NCBI GenBank assembly: GCA_045585895.1
Contig: JAZMZI010000084.1
Coordinates: forward strand, 33,196-97,195
Reading direction: 5' to 3'
Source of the DNA: Eubacteriales bacterium
GTDB lineage: Bacteria; Bacillota; Clostridia; Oscillospirales; CAG-272
DNA: 64,000 bases
Each line of letters begins with the position of its first letter. Position 1 is the stretch's first letter. The position numbers were made by a program, and so were the translations under genes. This document shows, piece after piece, positions 1-9,513 of the stretch. Below the pieces are notes generated by a model that worked only from the letters and a program-made list of their open reading frames with translations, was not told the origin of the DNA and did not search any database.

Positions 1-690
1 CTGGCGTGAGTTATCTTTTGCAACCGAACGGGAAACTACGTGTGTTCCGCAATCATCTCCACGAAGGTCGACCACAAATTCGGTCTCTGCAAACTGTGAG
101 CCATGGGTCATTATCTTTTCATGGACGATAAGGGTCGACTTGCTTTCGAGAATCGCCTCGGTCTTTCTCTTGGTGGAGTCAACGCCCTTTATCTGCGTAG
201 TCTCCATTTCCATATAAGCTCCCTCGGCAAGCTCGACCACAGTGTGAGGATTCATAACGTTTCTTCCGTTTCCATCGCCCTCTCCGTAGTGTTTTTCGAC
301 GTATTTTACCTTTGCGTTCTTACCGACGTAAAAGCTATGGATGCCGCTGTGCTCGCTGTCCTGAACACCGCAATTGTGGATACCGCAGCCTGCGATAATG
401 AGCACATCTGCGCCGTCTTCGATATGGAAATCGTTGTATACGACCTCACGAAGACCGCTTTCGGCAAGAATAACGGGAATGTGAACGCTTTCTCTCTTGC
501 CTGCCGCCTTGATATAGATATCTATCCCCGGCTTGTCCGTCTTTTTTTCGATTATAATGTTTTCGGAGGATTTTTTATCGAAGGTATCGCCGTCGACACG
601 GATAGAATAGGCTCCCGTGGGCACACCCTCAAGGTCTGCGACCTCGCGGAGCATATTGAGTCTCATACTGTCAAGCTTCTTCTCTGCCAT
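1..690 (-). CDS. SufB/SufD-family Fe-S cluster assembly protein (3' end beyond window)
   Basis: Not in ORF track. Hand translation from ATG at 690 (TAATG overlap with upstream stop): MAEKKLDSMRLNMLREVADLEGVPTGAYSIRVDG...VHIPVILAESGLREVVYNDF...AGCGIHNCG...VKYVEKHYGEG, typical of clostridial SufBD; follows a SufC-like ATPase. Confidence 0.85.
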   Translation of the reverse strand, partial: MAEKKLDSMRLNMLREVADLEGVPTGAYSIRVDGDTFDKKSSENIIIEKKTDKPGIDIYIKAAGKRESVHIPVILAESGLREVVYNDFHIEDGADVLIIAGCGIHNCGVQDSEHSGIHSFYVGKNAKVKYVEKHYGEGDGNGRNVMNPHTVVELAEGAYMEMETTQIKGVDSTKRKTEAILESKSTLIVHEKIMTHGSQFAETEFVVDLRGDDCGTHVVSRSVAKDNSRQ

Positions 691-1421
691 TATTCTTCAC
701 CTCCCTGAGTAAATTTGCAGCCTGCCTGTGCTGAAAGGAGGTCGGGCAGAATATCGTTTTTCGCGCCGTATGCGGCAACCTTGCCGTCGGCAACAACAAC
801 GATCTTGTCGGCAATATCAAGTATTCTCTCCTGATGAGAGATTATCATAATACAGCCGTGGGTTCTTTCGTGCATCTTTTCAAAAACCTTGATAAGATTA
901 TTGAAGCTCCAGAGGTCGATTCCCGCCTCGGGCTCGTCGAAGATAGAAAACTTCGTGCCGCGCGCGTTTATCATAGCGATCTCGATTCTCTTAAGCTCGC
1001 CTCCCGAAAGCGACTCATTTACTTCTCTGTTTACGTACTCTTTAGCGCAAAGACCTACCTCGGAGAGGTATTTGCATGCTTCTGCAACCGAAATTTTGTT
1101 GCCTGCCGCAAGGGAAATAAGATCCTTGACGGTAATGCCCTTGAATCTTACAGGCTGCTGGAAGGCAAAACTGATGCCTGCCTTTGCTCTCTCTGTGATG
1201 GTCATTTTGGTGATATCAACGCCGTCAAGCAGAATTTCGCCCGAATCGGGAATATAGATACCCGCGATAAGCTTTGCGAGGGTTGATTTTCCACCGCCGT
1301 TGGGTCCTGTTACAGCCACGAAACGGTCGTTTATAGTCAGACTTATATTATCTATAATTTTCGTTTCCTTTCCCGTGTCGGGATCGGTTACGGTATAGTT
1401 AAGATTCTTTATTTCTAACAT
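690..1421 (-). CDS. sufC: SufC-like ABC ATPase (Fe-S assembly)
   Basis: Walker A GPNGGGKST, LSGGELKRIEIA, DEPEAGID; coupled to SufBD; ATG at 1421 after AAAGGA RBS. Confidence 0.8.
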   Translation of the reverse strand: MLEIKNLNYTVTDPDTGKETKIIDNISLTINDRFVAVTGPNGGGKSTLAKLIAGIYIPDSGEILLDGVDITKMTITERAKAGISFAFQQPVRFKGITVKDLISLAAGNKISVAEACKYLSEVGLCAKEYVNREVNESLSGGELKRIEIAMINARGTKFSIFDEPEAGIDLWSFNNLIKVFEKMHERTHGCIMIISHQERILDIADKIVVVADGKVAAYGAKNDILPDLLSAQAGCKFTQGGEE

Positions 1422-1527
1422 ACTTTTTCCTTTCTTCAAAATATTTATATAAATGCATTATTTGCCAATGATATTCTACCATAAAACGATATATAAATCA
1501 ATAGATTTATAAAAATTTTTGCTATAT

Positions 1528-1561
1528 AAATGGGGAAGCTTCAACGAAACTTCCCCCATTT
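1528..1561 (-). terminator. Probable intrinsic terminator after trxB
   Basis: GGGGAAG...CTTCCCC inverted repeat immediately after the trxB stop. Confidence 0.6.
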
Positions 1562-1562
1562 A

Positions 1563-2465
1563 TTAATCCAAATATCTGCAAGCGGCAAGGGCGGCGGTCG
1601 CGCCGTCTCCGCAAGCTGTGGATATTTGTCTTATATTTTTAGTTCTGCAATCCCCTGCTACGAAAAGTCCATCCGTAGTGGTGAAGCAATTCTCGTCGGA
1701 GACTACGTAGCCTCTGTCGGAAAGTGAAACAAGATTTTTATAAGCCTCGTTTTCGGGTACCTGACCGATAGCAACGAACATTCCGTCAAGGTCAAGTCTG
1801 GTTTTTTCACCGGTAGCGGTGTTCTTTATAACGATGCCGCCGAAAACGTCGTTTCCGTGAATGGCTTCAACGGTACAACCGTAGATTATTTCAACGTTCT
1901 TTCTCTTTTTGAGAATTTCCGCAAGCTTTTCCTCGCCCGTAAGGAAATCCAGATTCTGAACGACGTATACCTTTTCGCATCCGTCGGAGAGCATGATCGC
2001 TTCCTGAAGCGCGGAATTTCCGCCGCCTATGACCGCAACGGTCTTACCTGCGTAAAAAGCTCCGTCACAAACTGCGCAGAAAGAGATGCCTTCACCTATA
2101 AAGTCCTCTTCTCTGTCGATACCGAGAAGTCGGTGGCGCGCGCCAGTAGCAAGAATTACGGTTTTGGACATATAGATATCGTCGCCTGCGTAAACGCAAA
2201 ATACGCTTCCTTCTTTTTCTATGCCCGTAACCTCTGCCATATCGATCTCTGCACCCATTTCAATAGCTTGAGAGACCATTTTTTCAGCAAGCTCGTTACC
2301 GCTTATCTGGTTATATCCGGGGTAGTTTTCAATCTTGGGGGAAAAGGTCATCTGACCGCCGAACGTACCCTTGTCGAGAACGAGAACGCTTTTATCCGCG
2401 CGTCGAGCATATATTGCGGCGGTAAGTCCCGCGGGACCCGCGCCGACAACTATCAAATCATACAT
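1563..2465 (-). CDS. trxB: Thioredoxin-disulfide reductase
   Basis: GAGPAG FAD motif, CAVCDG redox centre, GGGNSA NADPH motif, AGDC C-terminal motif. Confidence 0.92.
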   Translation of the reverse strand: MYDLIVVGAGPAGLTAAIYARRADKSVLVLDKGTFGGQMTFSPKIENYPGYNQISGNELAEKMVSQAIEMGAEIDMAEVTGIEKEGSVFCVYAGDDIYMSKTVILATGARHRLLGIDREEDFIGEGISFCAVCDGAFYAGKTVAVIGGGNSALQEAIMLSDGCEKVYVVQNLDFLTGEEKLAEILKKRKNVEIIYGCTVEAIHGNDVFGGIVIKNTATGEKTRLDLDGMFVAIGQVPENEAYKNLVSLSDRGYVVSDENCFTTTDGLFVAGDCRTKNIRQISTACGDGATAALAACRYLD

Positions 2466-2527
2466 TTTCTTAAATTCCTTTCTTTAAATCGGAATTAATT
2501 TCGGTTTCAAAAGCCTTTATAGCTTTT

Positions 2528-2564
2528 AAAATAGGGGAACCGCACAAGTGAGAGGTTCCCCTTT
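2528..2564 (-). terminator. Hairpin/terminator after nrdD
   Basis: AGGGGAACC...GGTTCCCCT inverted repeat with T-rich tail on - strand. Confidence 0.6.
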
Positions 2565-2578
2565 CGCTATATCGTCAA

Positions 2579-4996
2579 TTATTTCAAGGTTTCCTCAATA
2601 AACTTCTTGATATTGGAGAGATTAGCTGCCTTAGCGATCTCAAGTCCGTCCTCTACAACGACGAGGGTAGGAGCCTGCTTGATGCCGTACTCTGCAACGA
2701 GGTCAAGATGCTCGTCAGCGTAAAGCTTTTCAAACTCAACGCCCGCCTTGTCAAGGAACTCTGCCGCGATCTTACAGTTGGGGCAGGTCTTGGTTGCGAA
2801 AAGAAGTACCTTCTTGCCTGCAACGCTCTCGCATACGCACTCTTCCTCTACAACTGGCTCGGGAATGATGCTGATTGTTCTTACGCTGTCAGCTCCGACG
2901 TTGATCTCGGGGTGAAGCTGAGTGGAGCGCTCGATATTATAGTTTCTTCTCTCCTTGAACTCCTGGCTCTTACCGTCATTCCAGTTCTGAACGGGACGGT
3001 AGTAACCCGTGATACGGCTGTAGACCTCGGTCTTTTTGCCGCACTTGGGACAGGTGTACTCTTCACCGTTGATGTAGCCGTGCTCGGTACAGATGGAGTA
3101 GGTGGGAGACATGGTGTAGTAAGGAAGCTTGTAATTCTCTGCGATCTTGCGAACGAGATTAGCCGCGCTCTTCCAGGTGGGAAGCTTCTCGCCAAGGAAG
3201 GCGTGGAATACGGTACCCGAGGTATAGAGGGTCTGGAGCTCGTCCTGAATGCCGAGAGCGTCGAAGATATCCTCGGTATAGCCAACGGGAAGGTGGCTGG
3301 AGTTGGTGTAGTAAGGAGCCTTTGCGTTGTCGGTAGCGGTGATGATGTCGGGCCATCTCTTTCTGTCATGCTTAGCGAAGCGGTAAGAGGTGGACTCAGC
3401 GGGAGTTGCCTCGAGGTTGTAGAGGTCGCCGTACATCTCCTGATAGTCGGAAAGTCTCTCTCTCATATGGTTGAGAACGTCCTTGGAGAATTCCTGTGTT
3501 TCCTTATGAGTCATATCGGCTCTGAGCCACTTAGCGTTAAGACCTACCTCGTTCATACCAACGAGACCGATGGTCGAGAAGTGGTTGTTGAAGGTACCGA
3601 GGTATCTCTTGGTATAAGGATACAGACCCTCGTCGAGAAGCTTGGTAATAACGGTTCTCTTGGTCTTGAGGGAGCGAGCCGCGATGTCCATAAGCTTATC
3701 CAGTCTCTTGTAGAAGTCTTCCTCGTTCTCGGCAAGGTAAGCGATTCTGGGCATATTGATGGTAACAACGCCTACGGAACCGGTGGACTCACCCGAACCG
3801 AAGAATCCGCCGGACTTCTTACGAAGCTCTCTGAGGTCAAGACGGAGACGGCAGCACATGGAACGAACGTCCGAGGGCTCCATATCGGAGTTGATGTAGT
3901 TGGAGAAGTAAGGAGTACCGTACTTTGCGGTCATCTCGAAGAGAAGCTTATTGTTCTCGGTCTCGGACCAGTCGAAGTCACGGGTGATGGAGTAAGTAGG
4001 AATAGGATACTGGAATCCACGGCCGTTTGCGTCGCCCTCGATCATGATCTCGATGAACGCCTTGTTGACCATGTCCATTTCCTTTTTACAATCCTTGTAC
4101 TTGAAGTCAACTTCCTTACCGCCAACGATACAATTAAGCTCTGCCAAGTCGTTAGGAACGGTCCAGTCGAGAGTGATGTTGGTAAAGGGAGACTGAGTAC
4201 CCCAACGGGAAGGAGTATTAACACCGTAAATGAAGGACTGGATGCACTGCTTAACTTCTTTGTAAGAAAGGTTATCAATCTTTACGAAAGGAGCGAGGTA
4301 CGTATCAAAGGAGGAGAAAGCCTGAGCGCCTGCCCACTCGTTCTGCATGATTCCGAGGAAGTTTACCATCTGGTTGCAGAGGGTGGAAAGATGGCTTGCG
4401 GGCGCGGAGGTGATCTTACCCGTTACACCGCCGAGACCCTCCTGAATGAGCTGCTTTAACGACCAACCTGCGCAGTAGCCCGTGAGCATGGAAAGGTCGT
4501 GAATGTGAATATCAACGTTTCTGTGAGCGTTTGCGATCTCGTCGTCGTAAACCTCACTGAGCCAATAGTTAGCGGTGATTGCACCCGAGTTGGAAAGGAT
4601 AAGACCACCTACAGAGTAGGTAACGGTAGAGTTCTCCTTAACTCTCCAGTCGAGCGCCTGAAGATACTTATCAACGGTATCCTTATAGTCAAGCGCGGTG
4701 TTCTGTACGTTTCTGAGCTTCTCTCTCTGGCGGCGATAAAGGATGTATGCCTTTGCAACGTCTGCGTAGCCTGCCTGAACGAGAACCGACTCAACGCAGT
4801 CCTGGATCTCCTCAACTGCGATAAGACCGTCCTTGATCTTGGGTTCAAACTCTGCTGTGACCTTGAGTGCCAAGAAGTCGATTATGTTCTGGTTAAACTG
4901 CTTTTCCTGGGCTTCGAAAGCCATTCTGATAGCATCAGAGATCTTGCTTAAATTGAATTCAACGATTTTTCCGTCTCTCTTTTGTACGCTGTACAT
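2579..4996 (-). CDS. nrdD: Anaerobic (class III) ribonucleoside-triphosphate reductase with N-terminal ATP cone and C-terminal glutaredoxin-like domain
   Basis: VQKRDG ATP cone, HIHDL, GYC, SMCCRL, EATPAES, CTEHG...CPKC Zn site, RITGYYRP glycyl-radical loop, terminal TCPNC...QAPTL domain. Confidence 0.95.
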   Translation of the reverse strand: MYSVQKRDGKIVEFNLSKISDAIRMAFEAQEKQFNQNIIDFLALKVTAEFEPKIKDGLIAVEEIQDCVESVLVQAGYADVAKAYILYRRQREKLRNVQNTALDYKDTVDKYLQALDWRVKENSTVTYSVGGLILSNSGAITANYWLSEVYDDEIANAHRNVDIHIHDLSMLTGYCAGWSLKQLIQEGLGGVTGKITSAPASHLSTLCNQMVNFLGIMQNEWAGAQAFSSFDTYLAPFVKIDNLSYKEVKQCIQSFIYGVNTPSRWGTQSPFTNITLDWTVPNDLAELNCIVGGKEVDFKYKDCKKEMDMVNKAFIEIMIEGDANGRGFQYPIPTYSITRDFDWSETENNKLLFEMTAKYGTPYFSNYINSDMEPSDVRSMCCRLRLDLRELRKKSGGFFGSGESTGSVGVVTINMPRIAYLAENEEDFYKRLDKLMDIAARSLKTKRTVITKLLDEGLYPYTKRYLGTFNNHFSTIGLVGMNEVGLNAKWLRADMTHKETQEFSKDVLNHMRERLSDYQEMYGDLYNLEATPAESTSYRFAKHDRKRWPDIITATDNAKAPYYTNSSHLPVGYTEDIFDALGIQDELQTLYTSGTVFHAFLGEKLPTWKSAANLVRKIAENYKLPYYTMSPTYSICTEHGYINGEEYTCPKCGKKTEVYSRITGYYRPVQNWNDGKSQEFKERRNYNIERSTQLHPEINVGADSVRTISIIPEPVVEEECVCESVAGKKVLLFATKTCPNCKIAAEFLDKAGVEFEKLYADEHLDLVAEYGIKQAPTLVVVEDGLEIAKAANLSNIKKFIEETLK

Positions 4997-5118
4997 TTCG
5001 TTCTCCTTTTTTTGATTGTATTTTTGAAATTTGATTACCTTGATTTCCCTTTTGCCATATGGATTTTCACGAAAATTGGCATAAAGAGGGCGCGGACAGC
5101 CATCCGCGCCGCATTAGC

Positions 5119-5147
5119 ATTATACTATATTTAGTGGTGTTTGTCAA
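5119..5147 (-). promoter_or_regulatory. sigmaA promoter of nrdD
   Basis: Perfect TTGACA-17 nt-TATAAT on - strand. Confidence 0.85.
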
Positions 5148-5170
5148 GAGGGTAACACAAGATATTGTGT
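5122..5170. promoter_or_regulatory. Tandem NrdR boxes
   Basis: ATACTATATTTAGTGG (5122-5137) and ACACAAGATATTGTGT (5155-5170) resemble the acaCwAtATaTwGtg consensus, 33 bp apart, overlapping the nrdD promoter. Confidence 0.85.
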
Positions 5171-5200
5171 TTTTCTACAAATTTCGGCATAATAAATGAT

Positions 5201-5905
5201 TTATACTCCCCGTAATTGTGCGTTTGGCACAAATGGTAATAATATGTTCAAAAACTCTTCCATTTCTTTCTCATTAAAGGAAGAAATTTCCTGTCCGATT
5301 ATGTCCCCTGAGTCCTTGAATTGCTGTAAAAAGTACTTTTCGTTACCCTTGAGCCATTCTCCGATCTTTTGAAAATCTTCTGATGAATGGAAGGGTTTGG
5401 CTACCGTTGTTCTGAACTCAAAATCAACTTTTCCTTCCATTAAGAAATTCATACTCTCCTCTATTTTAGAGAGATCGTAACTTTTAGGCAAACCGCAAGT
5501 ATAGGCATACTTTTCGGGAGAATTTTTTATGTCCATGGCCACGTAATCAACGAGACCGTCATTCACAAGTCGTTTGAGTACGTCGGGGCGAGTTCCGTTG
5601 GTATCGAGTTTGAGAGCGTAGTCCATCTCTTTTACTTCCTTTATAAAATCATAAAGTCCGCTCATAAGAGTAGGCTCGCCTCCGGTAATAGCCACACCGT
5701 CCAGAACACCCTGTCTTTTTCTTAAAAAAGCTAATACTTCTTCATTTTTATAGGTTTGTTGCTCCTCTGCTCTGATAACCAAAGACGCATTATGGCAGAA
5801 AGGACAACGGAAGTTACAACCGCGAGTAAAAAGCGTGCAGGCTACCTTACCCGGATAGTCAAGAAGCGTGAGCTTCTGAAGTCCCGCAAAAATATTCTCA
5901 TTCAT
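5201..5905 (-). CDS. nrdG: Anaerobic RNR-activating radical SAM enzyme
   Basis: LLDYPG, CNFRCPFCHN, ITGGEPT, KLDTNG; adjacent to nrdD. Confidence 0.9.
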   Translation of the reverse strand: MNENIFAGLQKLTLLDYPGKVACTLFTRGCNFRCPFCHNASLVIRAEEQQTYKNEEVLAFLRKRQGVLDGVAITGGEPTLMSGLYDFIKEVKEMDYALKLDTNGTRPDVLKRLVNDGLVDYVAMDIKNSPEKYAYTCGLPKSYDLSKIEESMNFLMEGKVDFEFRTTVAKPFHSSEDFQKIGEWLKGNEKYFLQQFKDSGDIIGQEISSFNEKEMEEFLNILLPFVPNAQLRGV

Positions 5906-5907
5906 AT

Positions 5908-6666
5908 TTATATTTCCTCATCAAAATTAACTTTGCGCGAGAGCAAAATTCCGTTATCCATAGTATAGACCGTATCTGCTCTTTTTGCTATCTTCAAATC
6001 GTGAGTTACCATTACGAGGGTCATTCCGATGCTTCTTCTCGCTTCAAGCAGAAGCTCCAAAACCTCGTCGGCATTCTTTCGGTCAAGATTTCCCGTCGGT
6101 TCGTCTGCAAAAAGTATTTGCGGCATATTGATAAGCGCACGTGCGATCGCTACTCTTTGCTGCTGACCTCCCGAAAGCTCACTGGGAAGGTGATTTAATC
6201 TGTCGGAGAGTCCGAGAAGGGTTATAAGCTTCTTAAAGTGCTCATCATAGGAAAGTCCAGATCTTTTACACATCATCGTAGGAACAAGGATGTTCTCATA
6301 GGCGGTGAACTGAGGAATAAGATTATGCTTTTGAAAAACTATTCCGATATTATTGCCGCGATAACGGGCAAGCGCGTCGGGATTCATTGAAGTGATATCA
6401 TTGCCTCGGATAATTACCTTACCCGCATTGGGTTTATCGAGTCCAGCGCATAGATTTATCAAGGTACTCTTTCCCGAACCCGAAGAACCTATGATAGCAA
6501 CAAATTCTCCCTCCCGCACCTTGAGGCTGACCTTGTTTACCGCATAGATCACGTCGTCGTATTGCTTATATTGCTTTACCAGATCTCTGGTTTCAAGCAT
6601 TATTCTGTTGGGATCGATCGTATTCAAATCGATCCCGCTGTTATTTATACCTTTATTCATGATCAT
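5908..6666 (-). CDS. ABC transporter ATP-binding protein (LolD/MacB-type)
   Basis: GSSGSGKST, LSGGQQQRVAIARAL, ADEPTGNLD, VTHD. Confidence 0.92.
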   Translation of the reverse strand: MIMNKGINNSGIDLNTIDPNRIMLETRDLVKQYKQYDDVIYAVNKVSLKVREGEFVAIIGSSGSGKSTLINLCAGLDKPNAGKVIIRGNDITSMNPDALARYRGNNIGIVFQKHNLIPQFTAYENILVPTMMCKRSGLSYDEHFKKLITLLGLSDRLNHLPSELSGGQQQRVAIARALINMPQILFADEPTGNLDRKNADEVLELLLEARRSIGMTLVMVTHDLKIAKRADTVYTMDNGILLSRKVNFDEEI

Positions 6667-8900
6667 CCCTCCGAATTGATATCGATGTTTTTAATCGATT
6701 GTCCTTCTTTTTTGATCTTTCTTTCATATAAAATGAAAGGTATGATGCCCGAGATCATTCCGCAGAATGCGGATACCGCCGCGCAAACGACTATTACCCA
6801 GGACGGAACAAAGCTTTCAAAGGAAACGCTGAGCCCGCCGATGCTGAGCTTGGGCAGATACACCGACATCAGCCTGTACAGTATGTAGCAAGCTATACGG
6901 CTGAATGCGTAATTCAAAATAAATCCTATGATAAATATCAATACTCCCGACACCAAATGAATACCTAATATCTTTTTCATTCCGATGCCGATATATCCAA
7001 GGGTTCTGAACTCGGTCTCTCTCTTTTTAAAGAACATTACCTGAGAAAAGATCCATATAACGGGACATATAACTAATATTAAGAATGAAAGAACTGTAAT
7101 AAGTCTCGGAAGTTGATTCCTATAATCTACAAAGGAATAAACGGCTTCGTCGGTATACTTACATTCCCACAAATCGTACCCGCTCATAAACTGTTCGGTT
7201 GAATTTTTTAATCTGCCGACTGTTTCAAGGTCAGTTCCGTTTTTCAAATATACGCTTATATTCGATATTGCCCTTTTATCCTTCGTCAAAAGCGAATAGT
7301 TGTTTTCATTAACTCCGACGATAATGCTGTCGGTCGCATCCTTATCGTGAATTACCGCTCCTACGGTGTATTCTCTGTATTCGAAACCGAAATTATATAG
7401 CTGCTGTCTCAGGCTTTCAAGTCTGTCTGCGGTTCCGGGGATCGGAACGCTGCTTATTTTCTCCGCGATCAGAATTTTGTCGCCGGGAGCAAAATCGAAG
7501 CTCTTTACTCCGTACATTCCCTCGCTTAAGACCACGTATTGGTCGGACTCGGTAAGATTTGAGGAGTTGAGACCGTCAAGATATTCTACATCATAGTTTT
7601 TTTCGTAATTTTTTAGAGTCATCTCGTCAAGACAGACGTATCTTGAATAGTTGGTGGCTCTCGTATAGCCCTCGCTTCTCTTTTGCGTGGAATTGACCGA
7701 ATAATCGTTTCCGCTCAGATTATTTTCGTTTTTAATTAGCAGATGGTCGTAAAACACGTTCATATTACGGCTCTGTTCAAACACGATACTGTCAACCGAA
7801 TCAAGAGAATTAAAATGATCGATTATCTCTACAGCCTCGTCTAAAGCGCGCTCTCTTTCATCTTCCGAATATGCGCCGCCCGCAAATTTGACGGAATATT
7901 CCTCCTTTGGGGCTTCGTTTTCAGCCTTGACCATATTAGCCCAATATATCATAGTGACGAATATGACCGAAAAAGCAACGGCACCCGAGATCAATCTTAC
8001 TATATACTTTCTGAATCTCCAAACCGAGTAAAGCTCATAATGCAAGGGGATCTTTTTTGAAAATATATAAAAGGACCTTCTCGGCGAAGTTACGAAATTG
8101 GAATTATCCGAGGTGGAAATAAGCGATACGGGTGAACTGAACAAAAAGCTGCCCATTGACCCACCTGCGGCGATCGCAACCGTGACGTAGGAAAGGATCA
8201 CGTACAGAAGTACGGCTTCGGTACGTATTATCGGTTGTATTCCTACGTCAAGATAAACCGTTAAGTTCAGAATATACGAGATAATAAAAGATGGGAACAA
8301 GGTAATGGTACATATCGTAAACAGCTCACGGGACGCAAAGCTCGCAAGAGTTTTGCGGTCGGCGCCAAAGGTAACGTATATTCCGTACCGAAACTTATAA
8401 TGATTGGTGCGGATCGAATGAATTACCGATATTATCAGCGTGGCAATTCCAAAAATCACTATACCCATAAGTATCATCGTCAGGATCGTTTCGCCTCTTA
8501 CCGAATAATGATAGTTATAGTACGGAGTTACGTAATATTCGGCTTGATTTCTTGAAAGCACCTTGGCTTGAAACTCGTCAAGCTTTCCGTTTTGCACCGA
8601 AACGCCTATCTTACCGTCGACCATACCACAATCCGCAACCAAAGCTCCGTTTGCCTTGCATATACCGTAAAGATCGTTCATCGGAGTTTTTGCATCGGTT
8701 ATATAAACGTCATAACCGTACGCATCTTTAAAAAGCGCATCGTTTGAAAGAGTGTTAGTGTAAGCAGACATAGTCCAGACACCTAAAAGGAGCTGGACTA
8801 CAATTATAGCAATATAAATGGCTGTGAATTCCTTAAAATTCAGCAAGACGCTTTTAACAGACGTTTTAAATTCCGTCAGAAATAACTTCAGCTTTTCCAA
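6663..8900 (-). CDS. FtsX-like ABC transporter permease
   Basis: Two clusters of TM helices with large extracytoplasmic loops; KRETEFRTLGYIG motif; overlaps ATPase gene by 4 nt. Confidence 0.75.
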   Translation of the reverse strand: MEKLKLFLTEFKTSVKSVLLNFKEFTAIYIAIIVVQLLLGVWTMSAYTNTLSNDALFKDAYGYDVYITDAKTPMNDLYGICKANGALVADCGMVDGKIGVSVQNGKLDEFQAKVLSRNQAEYYVTPYYNYHYSVRGETILTMILMGIVIFGIATLIISVIHSIRTNHYKFRYGIYVTFGADRKTLASFASRELFTICTITLFPSFIISYILNLTVYLDVGIQPIIRTEAVLLYVILSYVTVAIAAGGSMGSFLFSSPVSLISTSDNSNFVTSPRRSFYIFSKKIPLHYELYSVWRFRKYIVRLISGAVAFSVIFVTMIYWANMVKAENEAPKEEYSVKFAGGAYSEDERERALDEAVEIIDHFNSLDSVDSIVFEQSRNMNVFYDHLLIKNENNLSGNDYSVNSTQKRSEGYTRATNYSRYVCLDEMTLKNYEKNYDVEYLDGLNSSNLTESDQYVVLSEGMYGVKSFDFAPGDKILIAEKISSVPIPGTADRLESLRQQLYNFGFEYREYTVGAVIHDKDATDSIIVGVNENNYSLLTKDKRAISNISVYLKNGTDLETVGRLKNSTEQFMSGYDLWECKYTDEAVYSFVDYRNQLPRLITVLSFLILVICPVIWIFSQVMFFKKRETEFRTLGYIGIGMKKILGIHLVSGVLIFIIGFILNYAFSRIACYILYRLMSVYLPKLSIGGLSVSFESFVPSWVIVVCAAVSAFCGMISGIIPFILYERKIKKEGQSIKNIDINSEG

Positions 8901-8916
8901 AACCTATTCTCCAAGT

Positions 8917-9513
8917 TTAAGCGTAGCTTCTTTGAATTGCAAGTACTCTGCCGAGGATAAGCACCTCGTCGACTATTATGGGTTCCATCGTGCTGTTTTC
9001 GGGCTGAAGGCGGTAATGACCGTTTTCTCTGAAAAATCTCTTTACTGTCGCCTCATTTTCGATAAGGGCTACCACGATCTCTCCGTTTTCGGCATAGCAG
9101 GTCTTTTCTGCGATTATCATATCACCGTCGAGGATTCCAACTTCGATCATACTCTCGCCCTTGACCTTAAGAGCAAACATTTCCTCGCCGCCGACACGTC
9201 CCACGTAACCTATATATCCCTCAAAATTCTCTTCCGCAAGAATAGGCTGACCCGCAGTTACGGTTCCGAGAACGGGAACGGCGGTAACGGAAGGCATATC
9301 GTCGTTTGCAATACGGATAGCACGGCTCTTTCCGTCCTCTTTGCGTATATATCCAAGCATATCAAGTCTGTTGAGATACATATGCACCGTTGACGTACTC
9401 TTATAGCCGAGATCGTTCATAATATCTCTGACGCTTGGAGCAAAACCTTTATCTCTTACAGATCTTACTATGTAATCGTATACTTTTTTTTCCTTTGGCT
9501 TGAGCTTTTCCAT
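8917..9513 (-). CDS. lexA: SOS repressor LexA
   Basis: PSVRDI HTH, VTAGQP cleavage site, GESM catalytic Ser, ATVKR catalytic Lys. Confidence 0.95.
   Translation of the reverse strand: MEKLKPKEKKVYDYIVRSVRDKGFAPSVRDIMNDLGYKSTSTVHMYLNRLDMLGYIRKEDGKSRAIRIANDDMPSVTAVPVLGTVTAGQPILAEENFEGYIGYVGRVGGEEMFALKVKGESMIEVGILDGDMIIAEKTCYAENGEIVVALIENEATVKRFFRENGHYRLQPENSTMEPIIVDEVLILGRVLAIQRSYA

Noticed and set aside
103-708. 201-aa + strand ORF
   Set aside because: The real gene is the - strand SufBD protein truncated by the window edge.
2708-4459. 583-aa + strand ORF antisense to nrdD
   Set aside because: Shadow of strong codon bias in nrdD; no RBS or recognisable motifs.
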